Positions 23,377 through 33,801 are shown, counted from the first letter of the stretch. The stretch: 64,000 nucleotides of DNA from an uncultured delta proteobacterium (GCA_963767925.1 CAVYGB010000002.1:1792001-1856000); one strand, 5' to 3'. Numbers and translations are program-made. Notes: generated by a model not told the origin, from the sequence alone.

Positions 23377-23507
23377 CATCACCTCTCCCCGCGGTCTGCC
23401 GTGGGGAGAGGTCGGCGCGTCTGCGCGCCGGGTGAGGGGCCTCCGGCGAGGCAACCGCCCCTCACCCTGCCCCGCGGCCGCAGACGTCCGCAGAGAGAGG
23501 GCAATCA
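23377..23507 (+). repeat. Longest copy of a dispersed REP/BIME-like palindromic element
   Basis: CCTCTCCCC..GGGGAGAGG and GGGTGAGGGG..CCCCTCACCC stems. Related copies lie near 22862, 26922, 38868/39010, 44550, 49451 and 53356 (reverse). Confidence 0.8.
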
Positions 23508-23694
23508 TTCAGCGGGTTGTCTGACTGAGCGGCGGGGTGCCAGCGGCGCGCTCGTCCGGGGCGCGCGATGTGGCGCGGGGGGTGCGAAAGAGCGGAAGGG
23601 GCGGAACTTTCCTGGGCGCGCTGCGGAGCGGTAGGGGGGGCGAATCGGGGTTCTTTGGTCGGGAGGCCTGGGTTACTATCGCACCTCTTTCGCG

Positions 23695-24612
23695 ATGCGC
23701 GGCGCGACAACAGGCTGGTTCTCATCCAGCAGCCCGGCTGGGGGACCGCGGTGGTTCTGGGCGGCCGCGTCCCTCGCCGCGGCGATCGCGGCCGGCTGCG
23801 GGCACGACGACGGGGTGCAGCCGTCGCCCCGCATCGCCATCGCTCCGAAGAAGGCCGCCCCCCCCGCGCCGCCCCCCCGCCCGTACCGCCCCGGCGAGAC
23901 GCCAGTGACCATCGGCGACGAGCCCGACGAGGCGGTCGACGTCGCCCTCGAGCGGGGCTTCCTGAACGCCGGCCACGTCAACGACGTGCTCGCCGCGAAC
24001 AACACCCGGCTCGGCGCCTGTTACGACCAGGCCGGCGACGCGCAGTTTTACGCCCACGGCGAGGTCCGGCTGCGCTTCCACGTCTCGGCCGAAGGGGCGG
24101 TCAGCGACGTGCTGGTCATCGACAACGAGCTCGGTAACTTCGCGGTCGAGCGCTGCCTGATCGCCGAAAGCCGCAAGATCAAGTTCCCCCCGCCCGGCGG
24201 CAACAAGGCCTCGGACTTCGAATATTCGATGGAGTTCCGCTCGCCCCGGCAAAAATACGTCGTCATCTGGCGGCGGGGCACCCTGCGCCGCCCGATCGCC
24301 GCCAAGATGCGGACCCTGGGTCGCTGTGGCTCGCCCGGCGAGCAGCCGGTGCAGGCCATCGCCTACATCAAGCCGAACGGCTGGGTGGCCTCGGTCGGCC
24401 TGGCCTCCGAGGGGACGCTCGAATCGTCGTCCGCCCGCTGCCTGGTCGATCAGATCATGCGCTGGCGCCTGCGCGGCAGCCGCGGCCACATGGTCCGCAC
24501 CAGCTTCCCGGTCAACGGCGTCCGCCTCTCGAAGGCGACCGTGACGAAGACCGCCGCCCTCGGCCCCACCGCCCGCCTCAAACGCCCCCCCCGCCGCATC
24601 CGCCACGACTGA
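23695..24612 (+). CDS. AgmX/PglI C-terminal (TonB_C-like) domain lipoprotein
   Basis: Lipobox AAGC, ACY......GEVRLRFHV..EG.V..V....L....VERCL....IKFPPP.G, followed by a second similar domain. Confidence 0.7.
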   Translation: MRGATTGWFSSSSPAGGPRWFWAAASLAAAIAAGCGHDDGVQPSPRIAIAPKKAAPPAPPPRPYRPGETPVTIGDEPDEAVDVALERGFLNAGHVNDVLAANNTRLGACYDQAGDAQFYAHGEVRLRFHVSAEGAVSDVLVIDNELGNFAVERCLIAESRKIKFPPPGGNKASDFEYSMEFRSPRQKYVVIWRRGTLRRPIAAKMRTLGRCGSPGEQPVQAIAYIKPNGWVASVGLASEGTLESSSARCLVDQIMRWRLRGSRGHMVRTSFPVNGVRLSKATVTKTAALGPTARLKRPPRRIRHD

Positions 24613-24661
24613 TCTCGCGCCGGGCTAAGGTCGGCGAGGCGCTCCCCCGATGGGTTGGGGC

Positions 24662-26077
24662 GTGAGCACGCCCGACGCGTCCACTGCCGAGCTGGTCGCG
24701 CGGGCGCTGGTGGTCCAGCGGGTGGCCACCGCGCGGCGGCTGTCCAGCTTGCGGCTGCTCGGGGTGGGCGCCGCCCTGGCCCTGTGCCTGGTCATGGCCC
24801 ACGGCCTGGACCTCGAGGACTGGCTGGCCAGCGCCGCCGTCTTCGCCGTGTACGCGGCAGCCAGCCTGGGCCTGTGGGCGATCCTGCGCCGGTCGCAGCG
24901 GGCGGCGGGGTGGGCCGGGCTGGCCGTCGCCCTTGTCGACGTGCCGATGGTGTTTCTGTCGCAGTGGCTGTCCTTGCCGCTGTCGCCCTCGCCGGGGGGC
25001 GTGGCCGGCTTCACCCTCGGCATCCTCGTGTTGTTGCTGGGGCTGGCGGCCCTCTCTCTCAGCGTCCGGCAGACCTGGCTGGTGGCGGTCGTCGCCGGCG
25101 CGGCCGAGGTGCGGCTGCAAGCGCAGGCGGGCATCGGCTTCGGCGCCTGGATCGCCGCCGCGCTGGTGCTCGGCTGCGCCGCCGGCGTGCTCACCTACCT
25201 CGTCAACCGGGTGCGCGCCCTGGTCGCCGCCGTCACCGCCGAGGAGCAGAAGCGCTCCCGCCTGCGCCGCTACTTCTCCCCCTCGGTGGCCGAGCGCCTC
25301 CAGGCTCAGGACAGCACCTCGGCCGCCACTCCCGACACCCACGACCTGACCGTGCTGTTCTCCGACATCCGCGACTTCACCCCCACCGCCGCCTCGCTGT
25401 CCCCCGCCGCCGTGGTCCGCCTGCTCAACGAGTACCACCGCCGCATGGTGGGCGTCGTCTTCGAGCACGGCGGCACCCTCGACAAGTTCATCGGCGACGG
25501 CATCATGGCCTACTTCGGCGCGCCCCTGCCCGACGCCGACCACGCCCGCCACGCCGTCGACTGCGCCCTGGCCATGACCCGCGAGCTGCAGGCCCTGAAC
25601 GCCGTCCGCCACGGACGCGGCGAGCCCGCCCTGCGCATCGGCATCGGGCTGCACACGGGCCCCGCCGTGGTGGGCGACATCGGCTCGCCCGATCACCGCC
25701 TCGAATACACCGCCATCGGCGACACCGTGAACCTCGCCTCGCGCATCGAGGGCCTCACCAAGACCGCCGGCGTCGAGCTGCTCGTCTCCCAGGCCACCCG
25801 CGACAGGGCAGGCCCCAACTACCCCTGGCGCGCCCTGGCCCCCCTGCCGGTCAAGGGCGTCGCCTCCCTCCTCTCCACCTTCACCCCTCTTCCACCGGCC
25901 GCCACCGACGCCGCCAGCCCCGCCGCTGCGGTGGCCACAGCCGGCCCGGGCGCCGAGGTTGCCAGGACCAGGACCACGCCCGCAGCGAGCCCCGCGTCGC
26001 CGCCACTCGCCGCCCTCATCGGCAAGGCAACGTTGCCGCCACCGTTCCGGACCGGCTCGCGTCGCCCCGGCCCCTGA
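24662..26077 (+). CDS. Membrane-bound class III adenylate/guanylate cyclase
   Basis: About six hydrophobic segments, then [27 protein letters not shown] and [16 protein letters not shown]. Confidence 0.9.
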   Translation: MSTPDASTAELVARALVVQRVATARRLSSLRLLGVGAALALCLVMAHGLDLEDWLASAAVFAVYAAASLGLWAILRRSQRAAGWAGLAVALVDVPMVFLSQWLSLPLSPSPGGVAGFTLGILVLLLGLAALSLSVRQTWLVAVVAGAAEVRLQAQAGIGFGAWIAAALVLGCAAGVLTYLVNRVRALVAAVTAEEQKRSRLRRYFSPSVAERLQAQDSTSAATPDTHDLTVLFSDIRDFTPTAASLSPAAVVRLLNEYHRRMVGVVFEHGGTLDKFIGDGIMAYFGAPLPDADHARHAVDCALAMTRELQALNAVRHGRGEPALRIGIGLHTGPAVVGDIGSPDHRLEYTAIGDTVNLASRIEGLTKTAGVELLVSQATRDRAGPNYPWRALAPLPVKGVASLLSTFTPLPPAATDAASPAAAVATAGPGAEVARTRTTPAASPASPPLAALIGKATLPPPFRTGSRRPGP

Positions 26078-26781
26078 CCCCGGCGCCTGGCACCGGAACC
26101 TGTCCGCGGCGCCCGACACCGGAACCTGACCCTGGCGCGTGACACCCGGAACCTGACCGGGTGATCCAGACCGACCAGGGCGGTACCCGCTTCCGCGCCC
26201 TCCACGGCGGGGCCCACCCGGGCAACGGCGGCACCGAGGTGTTCCGCTTCTACTCCCGGGTCAGCGCCGTCACCGCCACCACCATCACCCTCGAGCGGAA
26301 CCTCCCCCTGCAGGTGGACACCCGCTGGACCCCCCAGGTGCGCGCCGCCCGCCCCACCGTCCGCGAGGTCGAAGCGGGGCCCGGCGATGCCCTTCGCGAG
26401 CAGCCCGATCCCGCCATGAAAAGGCGTCACCGGCATGAGCTTGGCGCCAGTCTCGCACGCCCCACCGACCTGGCGGGGCCGCGCGGCGAAAAGGGGGCGG
26501 GGAGCGGCCTTGACCCCAACCAGGAGAACCGAGGAGCGAAGCTGACCGCACCGCCCCCCCGCCCCGCCCGCAAAGGATTGCAATCGACGTTCCACTCCCG
26601 CCGCCCCCCCCTCCTCGCCCCGCGCCCGGCCCGCTCCCCCATTTTCTCCGCGCTACCCCGACCGTTCCCCCGCACCCTGCAACCCCTCCAGGCAAAACGC
26701 CCGACCCCCCCGGCCATGCCGTTCAATCAGGCGCAGCGGTCCACCTCTTCGCGGGAGGGCGCGCATCCAAACCGCCTGTGC

Positions 26782-26990
26782 CGGCCGAGCGCGCATCCAT
26801 CACCACCCTGTCCCGGCCGAGCGCCCGGCCATCACCCCTCACCCGCCCGGGCACCATCCATCACCACCTGTCCCAGCCGAGCGCGCATCCATCATCACCC
26901 CCACCGGCCGAGCGCCCGGCCATCACCTCTCCCCGCGGTCTGCCGGGGGGAGAGGTCGGCGCGTCTGCGCGCCGGGTGAGGGGCCTCCGG
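26782..26990 (+). repeat. Degenerate ~30-bp tandem repeats ending in CCATCAC, followed by a REP-like copy
   Basis: Repeated GCCGAGCGC..(G/T)CCATCAC units, then CATCACCTCTCCCCGCGGTCTGCC. Confidence 0.7.
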
Positions 26991-27017
26991 CGGGTCACCC
27001 GCCCCGCGCCCCCGGGC

Positions 27018-28145
27018 CTACTCGGGCACCAGCGGGCCGACGGCCGCCGCGAGGTCGTCGCTGCAGGTGGGGGGTTGCAGGGTGAGGACGGCGAGCTTCT
27101 TTCCCAGGACGCCGGCGACAAGCCGGGCCTCGCCGAGCTGCTCGACGTGGTCGGCGTGCCCCGAGAGGGCGAGGGCGATGGCGGTGATGCCCTGGCAGGT
27201 GGGGCTGGTCGTGGCGGGCCGGACGGCGACGGCGCGCCGGACGCCGGCATCGATCGGGGACAGGGCGAGGAAGCGCCCGTCCTCGAAGTCGCCGACGTTC
27301 CAGGCGAGGGCGGCGAGGAGCTGGCCCAGGTTGCGGGCGTCGTCGAGGGTGAGGGCGTAGGCCACGCCGAGGACGTTGCGGGCGAGCTTGGTCGGGTCGA
27401 AGGTCGCGGCGCGGTCCTGCTGGCGGGTGGGCGGCTGGGCGGCGCCCGGCGGGGTGACGAACTCCATGTTCCAGGTGGAGAACAGCGGGCTGAACACCCC
27501 GTCGGGGATCGCGAAGTGGAACCAGGGGACGGCCTGGCCGTCGACGGTCCGGCTGATGAGCCCGGTCGCGACCCGATCGGCGCCGAAGGTCGACACCATC
27601 CGATCGGTCGCCCAAACCATGCCTCCCGCCGTCTCGTCCGAGAGGGCCAGGCCCGCCCCGCCCGACGGGAACGCCTCCGACACCTCGAAGAATTCCAGGT
27701 AGGTCCGCTCGAACAGCAGGTACAGCCCCGTGTACGTGATGTCCGGTCGCACGGTCGTGCGCTCCACGACGTTGGAGAAGGTGCCGCCCAGCCACGCCGA
27801 GTCCCGCAGCGCCCGGTAGGTCGGCGTCGCCAGCGTCGTGTACACATGGTTCAGAAAGATCGGCAGCGCAGGCGCCTCCGCCTCCAGCGCGACGAGCGGC
27901 GGCGGCCCGGCCACCGCCGTCTCCTCCGCAGCGCCGTGGACCGGTGCCGAGGCGATGCCGGACCGAACCGCCGCGCCCGGCTGCCGCGCGGCGGGCGCGG
28001 GCGGCTCCGCGGCACACCCGATCGCTCCGGAGAGCAGGAGCATCACGGAGAGGCCCGCGGCCGGAATTCTCCGAGGTGTCGGAGGCCTTCCCGGCGCGCG
28101 GGAGGGGGCGATGGTTCGGTTCGTCATGTTGGTGCTCACCTTCAT
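27018..28145 (-). CDS. DUF5829-like (glyoxalase-like) lipoprotein
   Basis: LNHVY..L...TY.AL..S..L...TT.R.D.TYTGLY....TYLEFF motif, lipobox AIGC, strong AGGAGG RBS. Confidence 0.65.
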   Translation of the reverse strand: MKVSTNMTNRTIAPSRAPGRPPTPRRIPAAGLSVMLLLSGAIGCAAEPPAPAARQPGAAVRSGIASAPVHGAAEETAVAGPPPLVALEAEAPALPIFLNHVYTTLATPTYRALRDSAWLGGTFSNVVERTTVRPDITYTGLYLLFERTYLEFFEVSEAFPSGGAGLALSDETAGGMVWATDRMVSTFGADRVATGLISRTVDGQAVPWFHFAIPDGVFSPLFSTWNMEFVTPPGAAQPPTRQQDRAATFDPTKLARNVLGVAYALTLDDARNLGQLLAALAWNVGDFEDGRFLALSPIDAGVRRAVAVRPATTSPTCQGITAIALALSGHADHVEQLGEARLVAGVLGKKLAVLTLQPPTCSDDLAAAVGPLVPE

Positions 28146-28320
28146 TTCCGTTCCTCCTGCAACGGATAGGTGGCCGCGCCCCGACGGCCACGCCGCCCCC
28201 GGATCGGTTTTTACCGGGTAGCCCTTGCCGGGTGGCCCTGGCCGCGCCGGTCGAGCCAGGGGGACCGCCTTTGACCACCGCCGGCGGGCGCGGGGGCCCG
28301 GGGCGGGTCATCCTCTGGCC

Positions 28321-29169
28321 GTGAGCGACCTCCGGCATCCGCGACGCGAGCCCCTCGGTGACGGCAGTGTCCCCATCTCCGTCGCGCGGCTCAGGCGTGG
28401 GGCCGAGCGGCCGGCCCGCGCGGCTTCGAGCCATTCGTTCGCCGTGCTGGCATTTTACACGGCGGGGCGGGCGCGGGTGGAGCAGGGGGGGCGCTGGAGT
28501 GTGGAGGCGGGGGACGTCCTGGTCGTGCCGGCCGGGCAGCCGCACCGGATGCTCGAGACCGACAACCCCGAGCTGTGGGGGCTCAGCGTCGGCGTGCCCT
28601 GCCTGGCGGCGGACGGCGGCGGGGCGCTGCTCGAGCCGTTCGAGCAGGTGCGCGCGGGCGGCGCCGCGGTGGTGCGGGTCCCGGCGCCCCGGCACGCCTT
28701 CCTCGACAGCCTGTTTCGCGAGCTGGCCGACGCCGCCGCCCCGGCGCGTGGCTCCGAGCCGCCGCTCGTCGCGCGCAGCCTGCTGACGTTGATCCTGAAC
28801 GAGGTCGGTCGCGCGGCCCGCTGGGATGCCCCCGCCGCGGCCTCGAGCGGCGGCGTCGTCGCCGACAGCCTGCGCTTCATCGAGCGCAACTGCCTGCGCC
28901 CGCTGACCCTCGACGAGGTGGCCCGCGCCGTCGGCCGCAGCCCGGCCCACGTGACGACGGCCCTTACCCGGGCCACCGGCAAGAGCGCGGTCCAGTGGAT
29001 CATCGCCGGGCGCATGGCGGAGGCGCGCCGCCGGCTCCTGCAGTCGGACGAGCGGGTCGACGTCGTGGCCGAGCGGGTCGGGTACGCGGATGCCACGCAC
29101 TTCATCCGGATGTTCCGGCGCGAGCACGGCGCCACCCCGGCTGCCTGGCGATCGGCGCGCGCGAGATAG
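28321..29169 (+). CDS. AraC family transcriptional regulator
   Basis: Cupin (GDVLVVPAGQPH) plus AraC HTH (VAERVGYADATHFIRMFRREHGATPAAWR). Confidence 0.9.
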   Translation: MSDLRHPRREPLGDGSVPISVARLRRGAERPARAASSHSFAVLAFYTAGRARVEQGGRWSVEAGDVLVVPAGQPHRMLETDNPELWGLSVGVPCLAADGGGALLEPFEQVRAGGAAVVRVPAPRHAFLDSLFRELADAAAPARGSEPPLVARSLLTLILNEVGRAARWDAPAAASSGGVVADSLRFIERNCLRPLTLDEVARAVGRSPAHVTTALTRATGKSAVQWIIAGRMAEARRRLLQSDERVDVVAERVGYADATHFIRMFRREHGATPAAWRSARAR

Positions 29170-29279
29170 CTTGGGCGTTGGGTGTCGGCGCTGGAGATCT
29201 GTTGACGGATTTCGTGCACGTCTTGCGCTGACGTGCACGAGCACGTGAGTCGTGCACGTCAACGGATCCTGTGCACGAC

Positions 29280-30230
29280 TCAGAGCAAGCCAGCGGCGGC
29301 CAGCTCGGCGATGAGGCCGTGGTTCAGGGCGGAGGCGGCGTGCATGGCGGAGGCGGCGGCGATGATCGCGCTCTGCTGGGCGGTGACGAGATCGCCGGCG
29401 GCGAAGATGCCCGGGATCGACGTCTCCCGGAACCGCTCGTCCACCCGCAGATACCCCCCGGTGTCGAGGGCCAGCCCGAGCGCCTGCACCACCGGCACCT
29501 GCCGCTGCGGCGGGCGCGCGAACAGGATCTCCATTCGCACCGGCTCGCCCCCGGTCATCTCGACCCGCGCGAGCCGATCGCCGTCGGCCACCAGGCGCGC
29601 GATCGGGCGCTCCTCGATCCCGATCCCGGCCTGCACCAGCCGGGCGCGGACCTCGGGCGGCACCGCGAGCTGCCCGCCGGTGAGCACCACCACCTCCCGC
29701 GTCCAGGCTCGTAGCATCACCGCCAGCTCGAGCAGCTCCGGGCTTGTCGCCAGCACGCCGAACCGCCGATCCCGCACCTCCCAGCCGTGGCAGTAGGGGC
29801 AGATGAAGATGGCCTTCCCCCAGAGGGCGGCGAACCCCTCGAGCTCCGGCAGCATGTCGATCATCCCGGTGCACAGGAGCACCCGGCGCGCGGTCACCTC
29901 CTCGCCCGCGCCGAGCCGCACCTGGAAGGCGCTCCGCTCCCCGCGGATCGCCTCGACTCCCACCTCGCGCACCTCGACGCTGCCATAGGCCTCGAGCTGC
30001 TGGCGGCCGATGCCCCGGAGCTCGGCGGGCGGCGTCCCGTCCCGGGTCAGGAAGTTGTTCACGTGTGTCGCCGCGGCGTTGCGCCGCGGCCCTGCATCGC
30101 AGAGCAGGACCCGCCGCCGCGACCGCCCCAGGGCGAGCGCCGCCGACAGCCCCGCCGGCCCACCCCCCACAACGACAACGTCATAGCTGCCGCTGGCCCG
30201 GGGAGACGATCCCTCACGTTCAGTTGCCAT
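29280..30230 (-). CDS. Thioredoxin-reductase-like NAD(P)/FAD oxidoreductase
   Basis: GGGPAGLSAA, CPYCHGWE and TSIPGIFAAGD motifs. Confidence 0.9.
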   Translation of the reverse strand: MATEREGSSPRASGSYDVVVVGGGPAGLSAALALGRSRRRVLLCDAGPRRNAAATHVNNFLTRDGTPPAELRGIGRQQLEAYGSVEVREVGVEAIRGERSAFQVRLGAGEEVTARRVLLCTGMIDMLPELEGFAALWGKAIFICPYCHGWEVRDRRFGVLATSPELLELAVMLRAWTREVVVLTGGQLAVPPEVRARLVQAGIGIEERPIARLVADGDRLARVEMTGGEPVRMEILFARPPQRQVPVVQALGLALDTGGYLRVDERFRETSIPGIFAAGDLVTAQQSAIIAAASAMHAASALNHGLIAELAAAGLL

Positions 30231-30360
30231 ACCCCGGTGATAGCGCTCTCTGACCCCCGCCGACAGGGCGAGGTTTTCGCTGCAATCGGCGAGCCTTTCG
30301 CCCGCGACCCCGTTCAGCAGGCCCCCCGCTGCCTGTTTGGATGAGGGGCAGTTGCCGCCC

Positions 30361-31266
30361 TCAGCTGCCGAGGGGGGCGATCTCGATCTCGCGGAGGTGG
30401 TCGGGGTCCATGACCAGGTCGATGGCGGTGATCTTTCCGGCGGCGAACGTGAAGCTGAACACCGCCACCGGCGGGCCGTTCCCCGGGGCCCACATGGCTC
30501 CGGCGACGCCGTCCACCAGGGCGGCCTGCGCGCCGCGGGCCCGCCCCTTGAAAGCCTCGGCCACCGCGCGCGCCCCCCGCAGCTCGGGCGCCAGCAGCGG
30601 CGCCCCGGTGCCGGCCCGGGCGGCGGCGGTCTGGACGGCGATGGGGTCGGCCCGCAGGACGACCTCCGGATCGAGCGCCGCCAGCAGGGGGTCGAAGTCG
30701 CCCCCGCGCGCGGCGGTGAGGAAGGCCTCGACCATCTGGCGCTGCCGCGTCCGATCGGCCTCGCTGACGTGCGGCGCGCCCTGGACCCGGCGGCGCGCGC
30801 GGCTGGCGAGCTGGCGGGTGGCGGCCGGAGACCGCTCGACGATGGGGGCGATCTCGTCGAAGGGGAGATCGAACAGGTCGTGCAGCACGAAGGCGATCCG
30901 CTCGACGGGGGCGAGCGTGTCGAGCACCACCAGCAGCGCCAGCCCGATCGAGTCGGCCAGCCACAGCTCCCGGTCGGGCTGCTCCCCCTCCCGGCCCGGG
31001 AGCGCCTCCTGCGTGGTGGGGGACAGGGCCTCCTCCCGCCGCGAGCGGCGCGCGCGCAACATGTCCAGGCAGATCCGGGCCACCACCGTTGTCAGCCAGC
31101 CGCCGAGGTTCTCGACGGCGCCGGTCTCCGCCCGGCTGAGGCGCAGCCAGGCCTCCTGGACCGCGTCGTCGGCCTCCGGCGCGGAGCCCAGCATCCGGTA
31201 GGCCACCGTCCGCAGGTGCGCGCGATGGCTCTCGAACCTGTCGGTCAGGGTGTCGCGCTCGGCCAT
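30361..31266 (-). CDS. ECF41 (SigJ-like) sigma factor with SnoaL-like C-terminal extension
   Basis: AYRMLGS..EADDAVQEAWLR, ERIAFVLHDLF, RQLASRARRRV, and GD...L.A.LDP.VVLRAD. Confidence 0.9.
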   Translation of the reverse strand: MAERDTLTDRFESHRAHLRTVAYRMLGSAPEADDAVQEAWLRLSRAETGAVENLGGWLTTVVARICLDMLRARRSRREEALSPTTQEALPGREGEQPDRELWLADSIGLALLVVLDTLAPVERIAFVLHDLFDLPFDEIAPIVERSPAATRQLASRARRRVQGAPHVSEADRTRQRQMVEAFLTAARGGDFDPLLAALDPEVVLRADPIAVQTAAARAGTGAPLLAPELRGARAVAEAFKGRARGAQAALVDGVAGAMWAPGNGPPVAVFSFTFAAGKITAIDLVMDPDHLREIEIAPLGS

Positions 31267-31297
31267 GGTACGTCCGCGTCGCCTCCTTGCTTAGCAA

Positions 31298-31324
31298 GAC
31301 GGAGCCGCCCGTCCAGATGTGACC
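31298..31324 (-). promoter_or_regulatory. ECF41-type promoter driving the sigma gene
   Basis: GGTCACA-16 bp-CGTC on the minus strand (ECF41 consensus TGTCACA-n16-CGTC). Confidence 0.7.
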
Positions 31325-31367
31325 ACCGCCGAAAAAAAACCGGCCCCTCCGCTGCCGCCGATCGACC

Positions 31368-31394
31368 GGTCACATCGGCAGCGGCCAATCCGTC
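31368..31394 (+). promoter_or_regulatory. ECF41-type promoter driving the CMD gene
   Basis: GGTCACA-16 bp-CGTC, followed by an AAGGAG RBS and ATG 31419. Confidence 0.75.
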
Positions 31395-31418
31395 ATCCCC
31401 ACAGAAGGAGACGACATC

Positions 31419-31877
31419 ATGAACGCACGGATGAAGAACCCCGCCCTGCTCAACCCCGCCGCCCTGCAGGCCCTGCACGCGCTCAAGAGCGCCACCGAAG
31501 GCCACGGCGTGCCTCCGGCGACGCTGGGCCTGGTCGAGCTGCGCGCCAGCCAGATCAACGGCTGCGGCGTGTGCGTCGACATGCACTGGCGGCAGATGCG
31601 CAAGACGGGGGAGAGCGACGAACGCATCCTGGCGGTGGCCGCCTGGCGCCACACGCCCTACTTCACCGCCCCCGAGCGGGCGGCCCTCGCCCTCACCGAG
31701 GCCGTGACCCGCCTCAGCGATCGCGAGGACCCCGTCCCCGACCAGGTGTGGTCGGAGGTCAGCCGCCACTACGACGAGCCGGCCCTCGGTGCGCTCATCC
31801 TCGCCATCGCCAACATCAACGTCTGGAACCGCCTCAACGCCGCCGTGGGGCAGGTCGCCGGCGCCTGGAAAGCCTGA
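31419..31877 (+). CDS. Carboxymuconolactone decarboxylase/AhpD family protein
   Basis: LVELRASQINGCGVCVDMH, ERAALALTEAVT and INVWNRL motifs. Confidence 0.9.
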   Translation: MNARMKNPALLNPAALQALHALKSATEGHGVPPATLGLVELRASQINGCGVCVDMHWRQMRKTGESDERILAVAAWRHTPYFTAPERAALALTEAVTRLSDREDPVPDQVWSEVSRHYDEPALGALILAIANINVWNRLNAAVGQVAGAWKA

Positions 31878-31917
31878 GCCCGGGCGGCGTGCGGCCGGCC
31901 GCCGCTGCCCGCGAGCA

Positions 31918-32301
31918 TCAGCCGCCGCTGCCGTAAGGACGGGTGATGATCTCGAGGTTGTGGCCGTCGGGATCGCTCCAGTAGACCCCGCGGCCCCCGT
32001 CGTGGTGGTTGATCTGACCGGCGCGGTGGTGGCCCGGGTCGGCCCAGTAGGGCAGCCCGCGCGCCTGGATGCGCTCGAAGATCCGATCGAACTCCGCCTC
32101 GTCCACCAGGAAGGCGTAGTGCTGCCTGGCGATGTCGCCCTGTACTTGCATGAAGTCGAGGGTCACGCCGTTGTCGATGGCGACGCCGTGGAAGGGCCCG
32201 AACCGCACCGGCGCGCCCATCCCCAGCAGGTCGGCCAGCCAGGCGGCGGAAGCCTCGGGGTCGCGCGCCGGAACGATGGTGTGGTTGAGCTCGACGGGCA
32301 T
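31918..32301 (-). CDS. VOC/glyoxalase family protein
   Basis: LNHTIV.ARD, QHYAFLV.E.EFD and GRGVYW.DPDGHNLEIITRPY motifs. Confidence 0.9.
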   Translation of the reverse strand: MPVELNHTIVPARDPEASAAWLADLLGMGAPVRFGPFHGVAIDNGVTLDFMQVQGDIARQHYAFLVDEAEFDRIFERIQARGLPYWADPGHHRAGQINHHDGGRGVYWSDPDGHNLEIITRPYGSGG

Positions 32302-32664
32302 GTGGGGATCATCGATCCGTCCGGCGGGCGCGTCGTCCTGGCACGCCCCCGGTGGGCGGTGTGGTCCTCCTCAGCAGCCCGGGACCGGCCACCACCGGCC
32401 CCCACGATGGGCTGCGTCGCGCTCGCCGCCTGCGCCAGCGCACGGCCTGCGTCGTGCGCCCTGGAGCCACCGCCGCGCGGGTGTCGCGGACGCCGCCCGC
32501 GCTCCAGCCCGACCCGCTCGCCCGGCCTGACGCTCTGGCTTCCCGGGCTAGCGCTCTGCGCGTCGGTGTCCAGGCCAGCCCATGACCAGGATTTCCCGAC
32601 TGACAGCACCGGTCCTGACGAAGATGTGACGGTGTCAGTTGTCTACGCTGTCAGTCTCAATTAC

Positions 32665-33801
32665 GTGAACGAACCAAAAGCCCTCCCGCTGGACTGGCGC
32701 AACATCGCGCTCCTGACGCTCGTGCACGTCGCCGCCATCGGCGGGCTGGCCCTGTACCTGCCCCTGCACGGGCTGTCGCTGGCCGCGGGACTGATCTTCC
32801 TCAGCCTCACCATCCTCACGATCTTCAGCATCTCGGCCGGGTACCACCGGCTGTTCTCCCACCGGGCCTACGAGGCCCATCCGGCCCTGCGCGCCTTCCT
32901 GCTCTTCTTCGGCGCCGGCGCCTTCCAGAACACCGCCCTGGCCTGGGCCGCCGACCACCGGCGCCACCACGGGCGGACCGACAGCGACCACGATCCCTAC
33001 AACGCCAAGCGCGGCTTCTGGTACGCCCACCTCGGCTGGGTGCTGCGCGAGGTCGACCCCGAGATCGTGCCCCCCTCCGTGCGCGACCTCGAGCGCGATC
33101 CGCTGGTCAGCTTTCAAGCCCGCCACTACGCCTGGGTGGGGATCACGGCCGGCCTGGTGTTGCCGACCCTGCTGGGCTGGGCCTTCGGCGACCCGATCGG
33201 TGGCTTCGTCATGGGCGCGGCCGTGCGCCTCATGGTCACCTACCACACCACCTTCGCCATCAACTCGTTCGCCCACTTCTTCGGCCGGCAGCCCTATTCG
33301 GACCGCAGCTCGGCCCGCGACAGCTTCCTGGTGGCGCTGCTGAGCATGGGCGAGGGCTACCACAACTTTCACCACACCTTCCCCGCCGACTACCGCAACG
33401 GGGTCCGCCTGCACCAGTTCGATCCCACCAAGTGGATCCTGAGCACGCTGTCCCTCTTCGGCATTGCCCGCAACCTGCGCCGCACGCCGGTGCCCGCCAT
33501 CGTGAAGGCGACCCTGCGCATGGACGAGAAGCGGCTGGCCCACATCACCGAATCGCACCCTGCCCGCGAGCGCATCGAGAGCCTGCGCCGGGCCATCCAC
33601 GACCTGACCGAGCGAATGGCCAACTCCCTGTCGGCTTACGAGCAGGCCCGCGTCGAGGCCGGCCGCCAGGCCCACGGCCTGATGGCCAAGCTGCGCGAAG
33701 AGGTGCGCATCGTGCAGGGCGAGCTGCAGGAGGCCCAGGCCGCCTGGCGCCGCATGATCCGCTCTCCCGAGCTGGCGATCCTGACCGTGCGGAGCAGCTG
33801 A
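32665..33801 (+). CDS. Delta-9 acyl-CoA/fatty acid desaturase
   Basis: His boxes GYHRLFSH, HRRHH and GEGYHNFHH; FP.DYRNG; DPTKW. Confidence 0.9.
   Translation: MNEPKALPLDWRNIALLTLVHVAAIGGLALYLPLHGLSLAAGLIFLSLTILTIFSISAGYHRLFSHRAYEAHPALRAFLLFFGAGAFQNTALAWAADHRRHHGRTDSDHDPYNAKRGFWYAHLGWVLREVDPEIVPPSVRDLERDPLVSFQARHYAWVGITAGLVLPTLLGWAFGDPIGGFVMGAAVRLMVTYHTTFAINSFAHFFGRQPYSDRSSARDSFLVALLSMGEGYHNFHHTFPADYRNGVRLHQFDPTKWILSTLSLFGIARNLRRTPVPAIVKATLRMDEKRLAHITESHPARERIESLRRAIHDLTERMANSLSAYEQARVEAGRQAHGLMAKLREEVRIVQGELQEAQAAWRRMIRSPELAILTVRSS

Noticed and set aside
26087..26160. Three CACC(C)GGAACCTG direct repeats as iterons or an operator
   Set aside because: The spacing is irregular and there is no adjacent rep gene or promoter; more likely a degraded small repeat.
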